The notes under the pieces are model-generated. The model ran no database searches. It saw only the letters and a program-made list of their open reading frames with translations, and had not been told where the DNA came from. Made by a program: the position numbers and the translations under genes. Below, piece after piece: positions 9,441-18,425 of a stretch of 64,000 bases of DNA. The first letter of the stretch is position 1, and each line of letters opens with the position of its first letter. Source of the stretch: a virus. Lineage: Duplodnaviria > Heunggongvirae > Uroviricota > Caudoviricetes. The stretch is from the IMG/VR virus record IMGVR_UViG_3300020451_002055; one strand, written 5' to 3'.

Positions 9441-10250
9441 ATGTCGGACCATGCGTGTCCGGACCATGAAAAAATCGTCACTCGGTCTGCAGATTTTTGT
9501 CGATACACAGGTATGACTGAACTCGATCCGACAACCATGCGCGTATTCCCAGAGCCGTCCCAGGACACGCTCATCGCATTCATCTACCATACCAACCGAA
9601 TCGAACGTATCCCGATGAATAAGCGCGACATCGAGGACGCCATCGCCCAAAGAGAACCAAACCCCTACGTCGAAGGACATCTCCGCGCCATCACCCTCGT
9701 ACAACAACTCGCTCCCGATCCAAAACTACTGCCCGAACGGGTAAACACAATCTTCGAGTTCGATGAGAAGTTCCCATGGCTCAAAAGACTCCACCGCAAC
9801 CTCATGAGACCGGTCGCCGAGTTCGGAGTCATGACCCTCGACCCCTCAATCATCCATCCAACCGATGTCGGCTCCTACCGACAAACAGCCAAGTCCATCA
9901 GAACCGAACGAGACAACATGATCATCGATGTCGAAATGCCAGGACCATTGACCATCAGAGAACATCTCCGAGATTGGGCCAACGACCTCTGCTCCTTCCA
10001 TAATGACATGCGACGAACCATCGAGTACGGTCGCTACTCAGACAGCGATACCGAAGCCCTCGTAGATAAGGCCTACGAAGCAAACCTCAAGCTGTCCTGC
10101 ATCAAACCATTCACGGATGGCAGCAACAGAACAGGACGACTCGTTGAGAATCTGCTCAGACTCAACTGGGGACTGCCTTGGAAAATCATCAGCCTCGATG
10201 ACAAAGATCAACTACTCGATGACCTACGCAATATGCAATCGAGATTTTAG
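9441..10250 (+). CDS. Fic/Doc (Fido) family protein with degenerate active-site motif
   Basis: CIKPFTDGSNRTGRLVENL aligns to HPFx(D/E)GNGRxxR with H->K, N->S and G->N substitutions. It is the only plus-strand gene in this 10-kb stretch. Confidence 0.5.
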   Translation: MSDHACPDHEKIVTRSADFCRYTGMTELDPTTMRVFPEPSQDTLIAFIYHTNRIERIPMNKRDIEDAIAQREPNPYVEGHLRAITLVQQLAPDPKLLPERVNTIFEFDEKFPWLKRLHRNLMRPVAEFGVMTLDPSIIHPTDVGSYRQTAKSIRTERDNMIIDVEMPGPLTIREHLRDWANDLCSFHNDMRRTIEYGRYSDSDTEALVDKAYEANLKLSCIKPFTDGSNRTGRLVENLLRLNWGLPWKIISLDDKDQLLDDLRNMQSRF

Positions 10251-10337
10251 CAACTACATCTGACTGTTAGTAAGGCGTTATTGAACAACTGCCTTACAAA
10301 TTGGGCACTTGCTAGAAATCCTTGCCAAAAGTCTGTC

Positions 10338-10351
10338 CACCCATCTTTCTC
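10338..10351 (+). promoter_or_regulatory. conserved intergenic 14-mer CACCCATCTTTCTC (copy 4)
   Basis: Exact repeat immediately 5' of the direct-repeat array. Confidence 0.3.
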
Positions 10352-10375
10352 CGTCACCGAAATGGATGTCAGGAG

Positions 10376-10740
10376 TTCGTCGTACAGTGGAACATTCCCG
10401 TACAGTGGCAGGATATTACCCGATCATCCCATTCGGTGCTAGAACCTGATGTCATTCGGTGCTACCTCGTACAGTGGCCCGATTCGGTGTTAGACTATAC
10501 ACGAAAGCAAAACCCTTCGAATCCCGAAGGGGAGCCTGAGGGGATGAGGGATCACAGAGGTTCCTCTGCTCTCCCATTCGGTGCTAAGAAATGAAAAATG
10601 AGGGTACGGACGATTCGATGCTTGCATCGAAGCGGCTGCTGAGTCCGAAGGACGAAGCGTACCTCATCCATTCGGTGCTACGCCTCGATTCTCTCGGCAT
10701 AGACGAGAGCTACAATTCTCTCCCATTCGGTGCTAGAAAA
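10376..10740. repeat. direct-repeat array: 6 copies of CCATTCGGTGCTA-type 13-mer plus 3 copies of CGTACAGTGG
   Basis: 13-mer copies at 10428, 10453, 10480 (degenerate), 10573, 10667 and 10722. The two outer units extend to CTCTCCCATTCGGTGCTA(A)GAAA. Spacers are irregular (about 12-80 nt). Embedded perfect hairpins TTCGATGC-TT-GCATCGAA and GGTACG...CGTACC lie near 10602-10664. Confidence 0.7.
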
Positions 10741-10776
10741 CGGAGAACCTAGCATGAGGAGACTATCGGTGATAGT

Positions 10777-11511
10777 CTACTCATCCTTAAGCAGCCTCTT
10801 CTTATCTTCCTCAAACTTCTCTACCTGAGACAGAAGACTCATAGATCTTTGGGTAGGATCAGTGCGCGAACGCAATTTCACAACGCTCTCCGAAGGTATC
10901 CATTCCGCGGGAAAAGTTGAACTAGCCAACACCAACTGATTACCCTTACCCAAAGCATGACGAGTCAAATGAGTATAGAAACTCTTACGACTCTCGTCGT
11001 CCAAACCCCTGTCCCAATCATCTACCAAGATAACAGAATCCCGCACATCCCTCATATGCAAATCGTAGACTACAGGGAAGACAGAACATACAGATTCAGA
11101 CAACTGACTGCCCCGTCGTACAGTGGAACGAGTTACGCCAGTACGCTCTGCTGAATAATAAACGATACCGTTTTTGACATGAGGTTTGTCGCCAACGCTT
11201 ACGTCCGCAGCCTTCGCCAGAGTCGCGCTCTTGTCCAAACGACCCCTACGAATATGAACTCCGCAAATCTCTCGCCCTACCTCGTAGTCAATACGAAGCA
11301 TGTCAGCTACATAAGGAAGTTCCGTACTCCCGCCAGACAAAACTGAACTGCTCCAACCACGAGCTATGCTGCTCATGATGTAAGACTTGCCGCTACCGTT
11401 CTTCCCAAAAAGCATAACGATATTCAGAATGTTACCGTCAGAGTCTTTGAACTCTAGGTTTGTGTCCTCGATATCCTTGCTTCCCCGGATATGGTAGCCT
11501 CGTAGTCTCAT
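10777..11511 (-). CDS. minimal ABC/SMC-like ATPase (AAA_21-like)
   Basis: Walker A LFGKNGSGKS and Walker B/D-loop ILVDDWDRGLDDES. 244 aa. Contains an exact copy of the 15-mer GTCGTACAGTGGAAC at 11115-11129, also found in the upstream repeat array. Confidence 0.65.
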   Translation of the reverse strand: MRLRGYHIRGSKDIEDTNLEFKDSDGNILNIVMLFGKNGSGKSYIMSSIARGWSSSVLSGGSTELPYVADMLRIDYEVGREICGVHIRRGRLDKSATLAKAADVSVGDKPHVKNGIVYYSAERTGVTRSTVRRGSQLSESVCSVFPVVYDLHMRDVRDSVILVDDWDRGLDDESRKSFYTHLTRHALGKGNQLVLASSTFPAEWIPSESVVKLRSRTDPTQRSMSLLSQVEKFEEDKKRLLKDE

Positions 11512-11514
11512 AGC

Positions 11515-11742
11515 TTATTCTCCCGTTACCTCGTAGCGACAGCCCCCGATTATGATGTAACTTTTCCCGTTGCTGTCCTTGATGATCTGCTTCCTTATAT
11601 CATCGACGTAATCGGGAATACGCTTTGGAAGCTCTGGCGGCTGTTTCGGAGCTAAGAAATCAGGCCAACGTCTTCTGATGTAGATAGCCAACATCAAAGG
11701 AACAGAAAGGATCGCTATACTCAAAACTGACCCGACTATCAT
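11515..11742 (-). CDS. small membrane protein, in operon with the ABC-like ATPase
   Basis: 75 aa with an N-terminal TM helix. Its stop abuts the ATPase start with a 3-nt gap. Confidence 0.45.
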   Translation of the reverse strand: MIVGSVLSIAILSVPLMLAIYIRRRWPDFLAPKQPPELPKRIPDYVDDIRKQIIKDSNGKSYIIIGGCRYEVTGE

Positions 11743-12103
11743 TTCGTTTTCCGCCGTTCCTCAATAAGACCTAAGAACCCGTTCCTTAGATCATAAATCC
11801 CTCGTTACTATAATCTTTTGCATTGTAAGAAGCGTGTTTCTTAGTACATCTTTTCGCAATTAAGAAGTCGGGTAAGTGAACCTGAATTAGATCCTCTAAC
11901 TTTTTCGATGTCAGGTTATGCTTCATGATGGTTCAAAATGGGGCTGTGTGGGTAGAAGTGGGGCATATTCCCATGTTCTCCCATTTCCCTATCGTACTCC
12001 AGAGCCCCCCAAACCCCATTTTCCACGCCAGCAGACCCTTTCAGCTTTGTCAGGTTCCTGTATTTTCTAACGTTTAGCAGTTTCATAGGTATTAGGAGGG
12101 GTA

Positions 12104-13402
12104 TTAGAAGCCATATCCGTCATCTGGATCGTCCTCATCTTGGTTGCTTATTGCCCATCGTCTGAGGGCCTCATCTTTGGCATCGATCTTGGGTTTGAGG
12201 TGTTGTCTGTAGAGGCTGCTATTCTTCCCTGCTTTGACGATGATTCCGTTCCTCTTGGCCTCCCTACAGAAGTCTGTCGAGGCCTTGACGAACCCTCGCC
12301 TTTCGAGGACATATCCCGCTCCCTCTTCAGCCGTCTCAAGCCTCGTAAACTCTAGTACAACTTTTGACTGTTCTATGAGTCTTTCGGGCATGTAATCATG
12401 GAAGGGCATGGTCTCATATACGGACCTCAGGATGTAGTCTGCGGCATGGGCCATGGACGCATATCCGAAGGCCACGCAGTCTAGCGATTGAGCTATCCGA
12501 CCGGAGTATAATCTTTGGCAGTTGTGGTTATCTGAGACCAAGCTCTTCTTGCTCTGGCATGCTTCGAAGAAGTTGAGGGCGTCCTCGTATCTTGAGATGG
12601 GATCGAGGGTTCCTTTGAGGGCTGCTGAGGAGGTAGCTTCGATGGCGACATGGCGGTTGCCGTCCCTGTTAAACTTTCCCGGTATGAAGGGAGTCGGGAG
12701 GGCAGCCGTTACTGTCTGCGGCGTTGCTATGTAGCCTCCGGGTCTGACCTCAAGATCATCGAGATCCGGCTGCTGAATTACTTCAACTTTTGGCAGTATC
12801 TCGTATCCTTGCATGGTCAGGATCGAGGCATACGAAGCTATGAGATTGGCGACGATGGAGAGGGCTGGTTCTCTCAGAGTTCTCTCGTTGTGTTCTCTGA
12901 GTCTGAGTAGTCCGAGGGGTATGACGTTGGGTAGTCCTGATCCTTCGTTGTTTCGTTCTTGGGTGACGAGTTCTTCTGAGATGAGGGCAACGATCCCGAT
13001 GTCTGTGGTGTTGAAGTATCCTGAGCCATCTCTTTCGATGACGGAGGCTTTGATGACTGAGGCGATCATCGGGGAGTTGATTTGGAGTATTTGTTCGAGT
13101 TCGTATGGTGAGAGGGCGTTCATGGGGGCGGGCACGACATAAGCTGCTCCCTGAGCGGACATATACTCGAAATCGCAGTTTTTGAGATACTCAGACGTAG
13201 AAACGACCCCATCCATGAACTGAGGGTCTTTCTTGGCTTGTTCTGCTCTCTCAGCTTCCATTTCAGCTATCTTCTTCTTCCTACCGTATTCTTGGGAGAT
13301 AGCCATGTTTGATCTTCTCTGATGCATCTTCTGGTTCATGTGGGTCATGTTATTGGACTTCCCGAGGCTTTGGAGTCTTTTGATGAGATCGTAGCGGGAC
13401 AT
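12104..13402 (-). CDS. hypothetical protein (432 aa)
   Basis: Long ORF with protein-like composition in the lower-GC segment; no motif recognised. Confidence 0.5.
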   Translation of the reverse strand: MSRYDLIKRLQSLGKSNNMTHMNQKMHQRRSNMAISQEYGRKKKIAEMEAERAEQAKKDPQFMDGVVSTSEYLKNCDFEYMSAQGAAYVVPAPMNALSPYELEQILQINSPMIASVIKASVIERDGSGYFNTTDIGIVALISEELVTQERNNEGSGLPNVIPLGLLRLREHNERTLREPALSIVANLIASYASILTMQGYEILPKVEVIQQPDLDDLEVRPGGYIATPQTVTAALPTPFIPGKFNRDGNRHVAIEATSSAALKGTLDPISRYEDALNFFEACQSKKSLVSDNHNCQRLYSGRIAQSLDCVAFGYASMAHAADYILRSVYETMPFHDYMPERLIEQSKVVLEFTRLETAEEGAGYVLERRGFVKASTDFCREAKRNGIIVKAGKNSSLYRQHLKPKIDAKDEALRRWAISNQDEDDPDDGYGF

Positions 13403-13517
13403 TGGGTTATTTGTTCTTCTCTCTGCTCTTTTGGATTTTGAGGGAGACGATGGGGAAGCCTGCTACGATGAGGAGACCTGCTATGACTGCTAGTGTTATG
13501 ATGAGTCCCATATTGGT

Positions 13518-14321
13518 TTACCTGTTCTCTTTCATATACTCGTGGTGGTTCTTCTTTATGTACCTCTTCTGCGTGTAGTAGTCATAGAAGTCTGGGAGGG
13601 GCATTTCGTCGTTCAGGTATGCTTCGGCGGCTTTCTTTAGGTTTTCGTTGGCGGTTTTGTTCTTTGTCCGCGGAAATTTGGCTCTTTGTAGGATTTGGTT
13701 TGTAGCGAGCCAGAGGAGGTATGGGTCTCTGGTGCCTGCTGGCGGGTCGATGATATCGATCTGGTTGGATTCTTTTTCTGGCTTATAGAGTTGGGAGACG
13801 CACAGGTCGAAGGGTTCTTCGAAGTCTCTGATGCCTCTTTTCTTTGCGATGTCGAGGCATTCTGAGTGTATGGAGGGTCCGTCATTTGCTTTTTGCAGGT
13901 TTGAGATGAGTATAGAGACATCGTGTCCGATGGCTGTAAGCTGGCACGCCACGGAGAGAGCGAGGTCTCGGGCGTGTTCTGACGTTCCGGACGAGAGGGA
14001 GTTGAGTTTGTTGTTGTATGGCGTAACGCAGATGGGGTACGAGTTATACCGTTGACCGTCGAAGCGGTCATTCTGCGGGCAGAGGACGCAGACGGCGGCT
14101 ATCGCCTTCGTTCTTCTGATGTTCTGGTTGTTATTTTGGACATCTGAGTAGACGGAACCGGCTCTGAGGGCTGCGATAACGATTTTATCGGCGTTGAGTA
14201 TGGACCTGATGTCTTCTGTTCTGTAGAGGAATCCGGGTTTGATGATAGCGAACTGGCTGAGGGCTTTATCGCTCTCGATCGGTTCCTTGATCATCTCTTT
14301 GTATGCTTCTGCCGGATTCAC
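13518..14321 (-). CDS. hypothetical protein (possible Rossmann-like fold)
   Basis: 267-aa ORF; no confident motif. Confidence 0.45.
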   Translation of the reverse strand: MNPAEAYKEMIKEPIESDKALSQFAIIKPGFLYRTEDIRSILNADKIVIAALRAGSVYSDVQNNNQNIRRTKAIAAVCVLCPQNDRFDGQRYNSYPICVTPYNNKLNSLSSGTSEHARDLALSVACQLTAIGHDVSILISNLQKANDGPSIHSECLDIAKKRGIRDFEEPFDLCVSQLYKPEKESNQIDIIDPPAGTRDPYLLWLATNQILQRAKFPRTKNKTANENLKKAAEAYLNDEMPLPDFYDYYTQKRYIKKNHHEYMKENR

Positions 14322-14457
14322 GTTCTCTCGCCTCTATTTCTTCGAGGAGCTTGCTATACGGGTTTCTGATCTGGTAGATAGCATGGTCTATGTAAGCGAT
14401 TATCTCGATTGCTCCAAAGAGAAGGATCGCTCCTGCTATGATGTAGAGGATAATCAT
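14266..14457 (-). CDS. small membrane protein
   Basis: 63 aa with one TM helix. Confidence 0.3.
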   Translation of the reverse strand: MIILYIIAGAILLFGAIEIIAYIDHAIYQIRNPYSKLLEEIEARERESGRSIQRDDQGTDRER

Positions 14458-14687
14458 TCTTCCTCGCTTTCGTCATAGTAATCGTTCTGGCCTTTCACTT
14501 TCATGACCGCGATTTCTAGGAGCATGACGGGGAGGCAGAGGATCATGAGGACAGCTTGGAAGCATTCGATAGCGACCATGAAGACGGCCATCATAAGGAG
14601 TACGAAGACCTCGATGATCATCGGGGCGACGAAGATCAGCATGATGATTGCTAGGATTGCTCCTAGTATGATGAGTAGGGGTTCCAT
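14454..14687 (-). CDS. small membrane protein (two TM helices)
   Basis: 77 aa, highly hydrophobic, acidic C-terminus. Confidence 0.4.
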   Translation of the reverse strand: MEPLLIILGAILAIIMLIFVAPMIIEVFVLLMMAVFMVAIECFQAVLMILCLPVMLLEIAVMKVKGQNDYYDESEEE

Positions 14688-15361
14688 TATGCTCTCGTAA
14701 ATTCGAGCGACAGTCTATTTTTGGTCGCTGAGAAGAAGTTTGGGCTTCTGAGTTCGATGGGGCAGGTTCCGAGGGCGAGAACTCCGACATCTCTGATATG
14801 GTGAGCGATGGCGCACCCTTGTTCGAGTCGTTCTTCGAGTTCTCTGTCTGAGACGAACAGAATATCGAGTTCGCCTTTGCGAACTTCTTCTCTGGTATAC
14901 GATCCGTATCCGCTGTCGTAGTAGTATTCGGAATGGATATCGGCGGCGAACGAGAAGTATTTGCCCTCGTTTTCTTCCGGCGAGACGCTGATGTCTTGTT
15001 TATCGAGTTCTTCTGCGTTGAAGATCAGGAGGACATCGAGGTCGTTGGGTCTTCTGCCTTTCTCGTAGATGAGATGGCGTTCTTTGGTTCTGAAGAGTCC
15101 GAAGAACCATTTGCGAGTCAGATCGTGGTATCTGGCGTTGACGGCTGATCCGAAGACGACGACTCCTGAGAGGGCCTTGAAGAGGTCGAGGTTGCCGTCT
15201 TTGACTTCGAGGGATGTGTCGAGGATAGTCCTGAGCCATTCCGCCTTGAGGGTGTAGACTCTCCCTTTCTGTCCGGGCACTCTGATAACTAGGCTTTGGT
15301 GCTGTCCTCTCTTGAGGTTATCGAGGTATGATTTGGCTTCTTCTGGTCCCAAATCAGGCAT
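14687..15361 (-). CDS. possible nucleotidyltransferase-fold (pol-beta-like) protein
   Basis: VVVFGSAVNA ... NDLDVLLIF resembles the hG[GS]...DhD NTase signature, but the spacing is unusually long, so the call is tentative. Confidence 0.35.
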   Translation of the reverse strand: MPDLGPEEAKSYLDNLKRGQHQSLVIRVPGQKGRVYTLKAEWLRTILDTSLEVKDGNLDLFKALSGVVVFGSAVNARYHDLTRKWFFGLFRTKERHLIYEKGRRPNDLDVLLIFNAEELDKQDISVSPEENEGKYFSFAADIHSEYYYDSGYGSYTREEVRKGELDILFVSDRELEERLEQGCAIAHHIRDVGVLALGTCPIELRSPNFFSATKNRLSLEFTRA

Positions 15362-15470
15362 CCTTCATGGATTGAACCGCCAGAGCAACGAGTATGACGA
15401 GCGTGATGATTCCGGAGATGACTGCGAGGATGGTGCAGGTTTCTTGCATATCATCTCATTCTGGCGGAAC

Positions 15471-15803
15471 TCATTCTTCCGCGGAAACCGAGATTCTATC
15501 GAATCCATGGTTCGCTGCGGCCTCTAGTTTATCCGAGAGGGCCATAGCCTCTTCGGGCGTCATGAACATTGTACGGTCCGTGCCCTTCACTTGTATGATG
15601 ACGGGCGAGAGGCTCTTGTCGGTTCTGAGAACGATGGGAACGTCTTGGCTCTTCGTGAGTTTGTTATCGGGGATGAAGATTGTTCCGATGGCCCATCCAA
15701 TGAAAAAGCAGACGGGCAGCATGATGATATGAAGAACGTAGGGCGGGATGCCCGGTTCTATTCTTACTGTCCGAACCTGCGTGCGATACTGATAGTCGCT
15801 CAT
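15471..15803 (-). CDS. membrane protein
   Basis: 110 aa with one TM segment. Confidence 0.4.
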   Translation of the reverse strand: MSDYQYRTQVRTVRIEPGIPPYVLHIIMLPVCFFIGWAIGTIFIPDNKLTKSQDVPIVLRTDKSLSPVIIQVKGTDRTMFMTPEEAMALSDKLEAAANHGFDRISVSAEE

Positions 15804-15924
15804 GAGGATTCTCCGTATTTCTTGAGGTCATCTTTGCGCCATGTTGATTCGATGATGCTACCGAGAATGACCGGAAGCCCCCAGATCGAGAATGATGCTG
15901 AGAAAAAGATGAGAGCGGCTTCAA

Positions 15925-16215
15925 TCAAGGGGTCTCTTCTTTTGCGGGCAGGCACGCTTCGCAGACGGACGGACAGGTTCCATGCTCGCAAGCGGCATGG
16001 TTGCAATCAACGCATTGGACGGTATGCTGAGGCGGAGAGGCTTCTTGCTCCGAGCAAGCCAGGACTCCGAACGGGATAGCGACGATTACTCCTAGGAGCG
16101 AGAGAACCAGGGTTCCCATGATTACATGGAGAACGCCCATCATCCAGTAGTCTTCATCTTTACTGCCTGCCCATCCAACGAATCTTCCGAGCGGCGTCCT
16201 CTGAAACGGTCTCAT
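15925..16215 (-). CDS. membrane protein with C-terminal Cys-rich cluster
   Basis: One TM helix followed by CVDCNHAACEHGTCPSVCEAC. Confidence 0.4.
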   Translation of the reverse strand: MRPFQRTPLGRFVGWAGSKDEDYWMMGVLHVIMGTLVLSLLGVIVAIPFGVLACSEQEASPPQHTVQCVDCNHAACEHGTCPSVCEACLPAKEETP

Positions 16216-16898
16216 GTATCTGCTCTCGCGAGCCCAAGAAGTTCTACGAACACATAGCGCTCTCTATCGTGTATGTCTTTTTCGAGGTAGTTCGCGAGTT
16301 CTTCCTCGCTTAGGCGTACCCGAATCCATACTTCATGGGTACCCGAGATATCATGATTCTGCCAGCAGGTGTTGGGCTCGATATCAACGCTGACAGTTCG
16401 TTCGTTTTCAAGGGCCTTGGCCTTGATGTCTTTCGCATTGCCGTAGTATGTAGGCCATGCATTGAGGAGGAGGTCTCTTGGTTCTACGACTCCGGCGCGT
16501 CGGACCCAATGGTCCCAACTGCTGAACTGGTAGATTCTTGATTGCTGATCTTCGCTCAGGTCGAGGACATCGATGTCCTTCTCTACCATGTCTTCAAAAT
16601 CGATGTCTCTGCAGGTCTGTCCGGAGCGGTAGTTGTCGAGGAAGTTCTGCGTATAGACATGGTGCCAGTGTCCTTTGAACTCGCTCGTCATGATGAGGAG
16701 TTCGGATAGGTTGTCTATCGCTTCATCGAGGACGCTGAGCGGGACGATCCATTGCTCTACGCCGTCTCTCTTCCTGTTGGTGTTCATGATCCAATGGCGC
16801 ACTTCCATCGGGACATCTATCTTGATGCCCGCGAAATCTTTGTATCGCCTCATCTGAATCGAGAACTCAGCGGTAACTTGCGAGGTTTCGATGGTCAT
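16212..16898 (-). CDS. hypothetical protein
   Basis: 228-aa ORF, acidic, no motif. Confidence 0.45.
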   Translation of the reverse strand: MTIETSQVTAEFSIQMRRYKDFAGIKIDVPMEVRHWIMNTNRKRDGVEQWIVPLSVLDEAIDNLSELLIMTSEFKGHWHHVYTQNFLDNYRSGQTCRDIDFEDMVEKDIDVLDLSEDQQSRIYQFSSWDHWVRRAGVVEPRDLLLNAWPTYYGNAKDIKAKALENERTVSVDIEPNTCWQNHDISGTHEVWIRVRLSEEELANYLEKDIHDRERYVFVELLGLARADT

Positions 16899-17467
16899 GC
16901 CTTTTCATCCTTGAGCATGAAGGCTGCTCCGACGCCGCTCAAGAAGCCAAACAAGTGACCTTGCCATGAGACGCCGGGTCGGGCGGCGATGCCAGTGAAC
17001 GCATCGAGAGCGACTGCTCCGTAGAGGACGAGGACAGCGATGGAGATGATTGTTGCCAGAGGATCCTTGCGGACGAAGCCGCCGACAAGAAGGAATCCAA
17101 CGAGTCCGTATACGATACCCGAAGCTCCGATGTGGTTGCTTCCGCCTTGAGCGACAAGCCATGTTCCGAATCCTCCGCCGAGAGCGATAAGGAAGATACC
17201 CGCCATTGCGATCGATCGGCTCCACGCGAGAGCGACGGTACTGAGGATCAGGAGAGGAGTCGTGTTGCTGATGATGTGTCCCCATCCGCCATGAAGGAAC
17301 GGGGCCGTCGCAATGCCGAGGAGCCCTTCGGCTGTTCTCGGTCGGATGCCGACTGAGTTCAGTTGACCTGGAATGACGAAATCGAGCAGAAAGATAGCCC
17401 ACATCGCTCCGACGAACCAGAGGGCGGGCTGAATGCTTTCAAGAAGACTATGGGCTCTGTTAGCCAT
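16895..17467 (-). CDS. rhomboid-family intramembrane serine protease
   Basis: GASGIVYGL (GxSG) and GHLFGFLSG (catalytic His in a TM segment) in a six-TM hydrophobic protein. Confidence 0.7.
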   Translation of the reverse strand: MANRAHSLLESIQPALWFVGAMWAIFLLDFVIPGQLNSVGIRPRTAEGLLGIATAPFLHGGWGHIISNTTPLLILSTVALAWSRSIAMAGIFLIALGGGFGTWLVAQGGSNHIGASGIVYGLVGFLLVGGFVRKDPLATIISIAVLVLYGAVALDAFTGIAARPGVSWQGHLFGFLSGVGAAFMLKDEKA

Positions 17468-18425
17468 CGTATACTCCTAGCTGCCGCCATCCGCGACGAC
17501 CGTATACTAAGCCGCAATCATTACACCTGCCATTGACTTCCTTGCCGCACTCCTCGCAGAACTTGCCTCTTTTGCTCCATGATTTCTTTATGTCTTCCGG
17601 GTCAACCGCTGCCGTATCCGATCGTTTTTTAGCTTCATACTGCCCAAGTATCGAATCGATGGCGTAGTCGGAGTTCTTTTCAAGAGCATCGAGCATTGAT
17701 TGTCTTGAGATAGCTCCGATTTTATGTAGCTCCGCGAGCTTCTCCAGCTTTTCAGAATGAGACTGATCAAGTCCGGGCGTCTTTTCGCTGAGCTTCTCGT
17801 AAACAGCAAGATCATCGAACGGATCAGTAAATGGTTGACCTGTTTTGTCTCGAACAACGCTAGGGTTGATAATCTCGATCCGATGAAGTCGGGTCGTCGG
17901 CGTATAGATGTGGCATGCGTAGCCGGGCAGTTTGTCCAAGTAGAGCTTCGAGCTTTGCAATCCTCGCTCGGCAAGGTCTGCGATTTCTGTATCGATGCCA
18001 ACGGGCACGAACACCTCTCGCCCCATAGCGACAAGCATCATGGCAAGGTTCTCGCAGGCGACAAGCGTTTCATGATGCTCGCCGTTCTCCTGGCAGCAAC
18101 CTTTGCCGTCTACCTGCTTCCTGTATGTCTCTCCGATGACCGGCTGAGAGAAGAACGGAATGTAATGACAACCCGTTACATGACCCATGCTTCTGCTTGT
18201 AAGCACAACGCAGGCGAGCATGCGATGAATACCCGACAGGCTCTTTCCGGTCTCGTTTGAATAGGTCTCATCGAAATCATCGGGATCAACAAACGAGTTT
18301 TCATCTCTCGCCATGATCTTGTAGCTACCTCTGACGGGAGCGACAATGATCTCGTCCTCGGCAAAGATGGCGGCGAGATCTTCGGGAGGAATCTGCGTTG
18401 CGATTCTTAGGTTATAGCTACTCAT
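17460..18425 (-). CDS. paralogous-family protein with C-terminal zinc ribbon
   Basis: Family motif CENLAMMLVAMGREVFV. C-terminal CEECGKEVNGRCNDCG. Confidence 0.5.
   Translation of the reverse strand: MSSYNLRIATQIPPEDLAAIFAEDEIIVAPVRGSYKIMARDENSFVDPDDFDETYSNETGKSLSGIHRMLACVVLTSRSMGHVTGCHYIPFFSQPVIGETYRKQVDGKGCCQENGEHHETLVACENLAMMLVAMGREVFVPVGIDTEIADLAERGLQSSKLYLDKLPGYACHIYTPTTRLHRIEIINPSVVRDKTGQPFTDPFDDLAVYEKLSEKTPGLDQSHSEKLEKLAELHKIGAISRQSMLDALEKNSDYAIDSILGQYEAKKRSDTAAVDPEDIKKSWSKRGKFCEECGKEVNGRCNDCGLVYGRRGWRQLGVYDG

Noticed and set aside
10322-10594. Plus-strand 90-aa ORF across the repeat array
   Set aside because: Its reading frame is composed largely of the direct repeats themselves and has no RBS, so it is more plausibly non-coding regulatory DNA.
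10600-10665. Hairpin-rich segment tested as a tRNA (GGGTACG ... CGTACCT acceptor-like pairing)
   Set aside because: Only about 50 nt lie between the putative acceptor strands. That is too short for D, anticodon and T arms.
10376-10740. Direct repeats considered as a CRISPR array
   Set aside because: Repeat units are only 13-22 nt and spacers are irregular in length (about 12-80 nt). There are no cas genes, so it does not fit CRISPR architecture.
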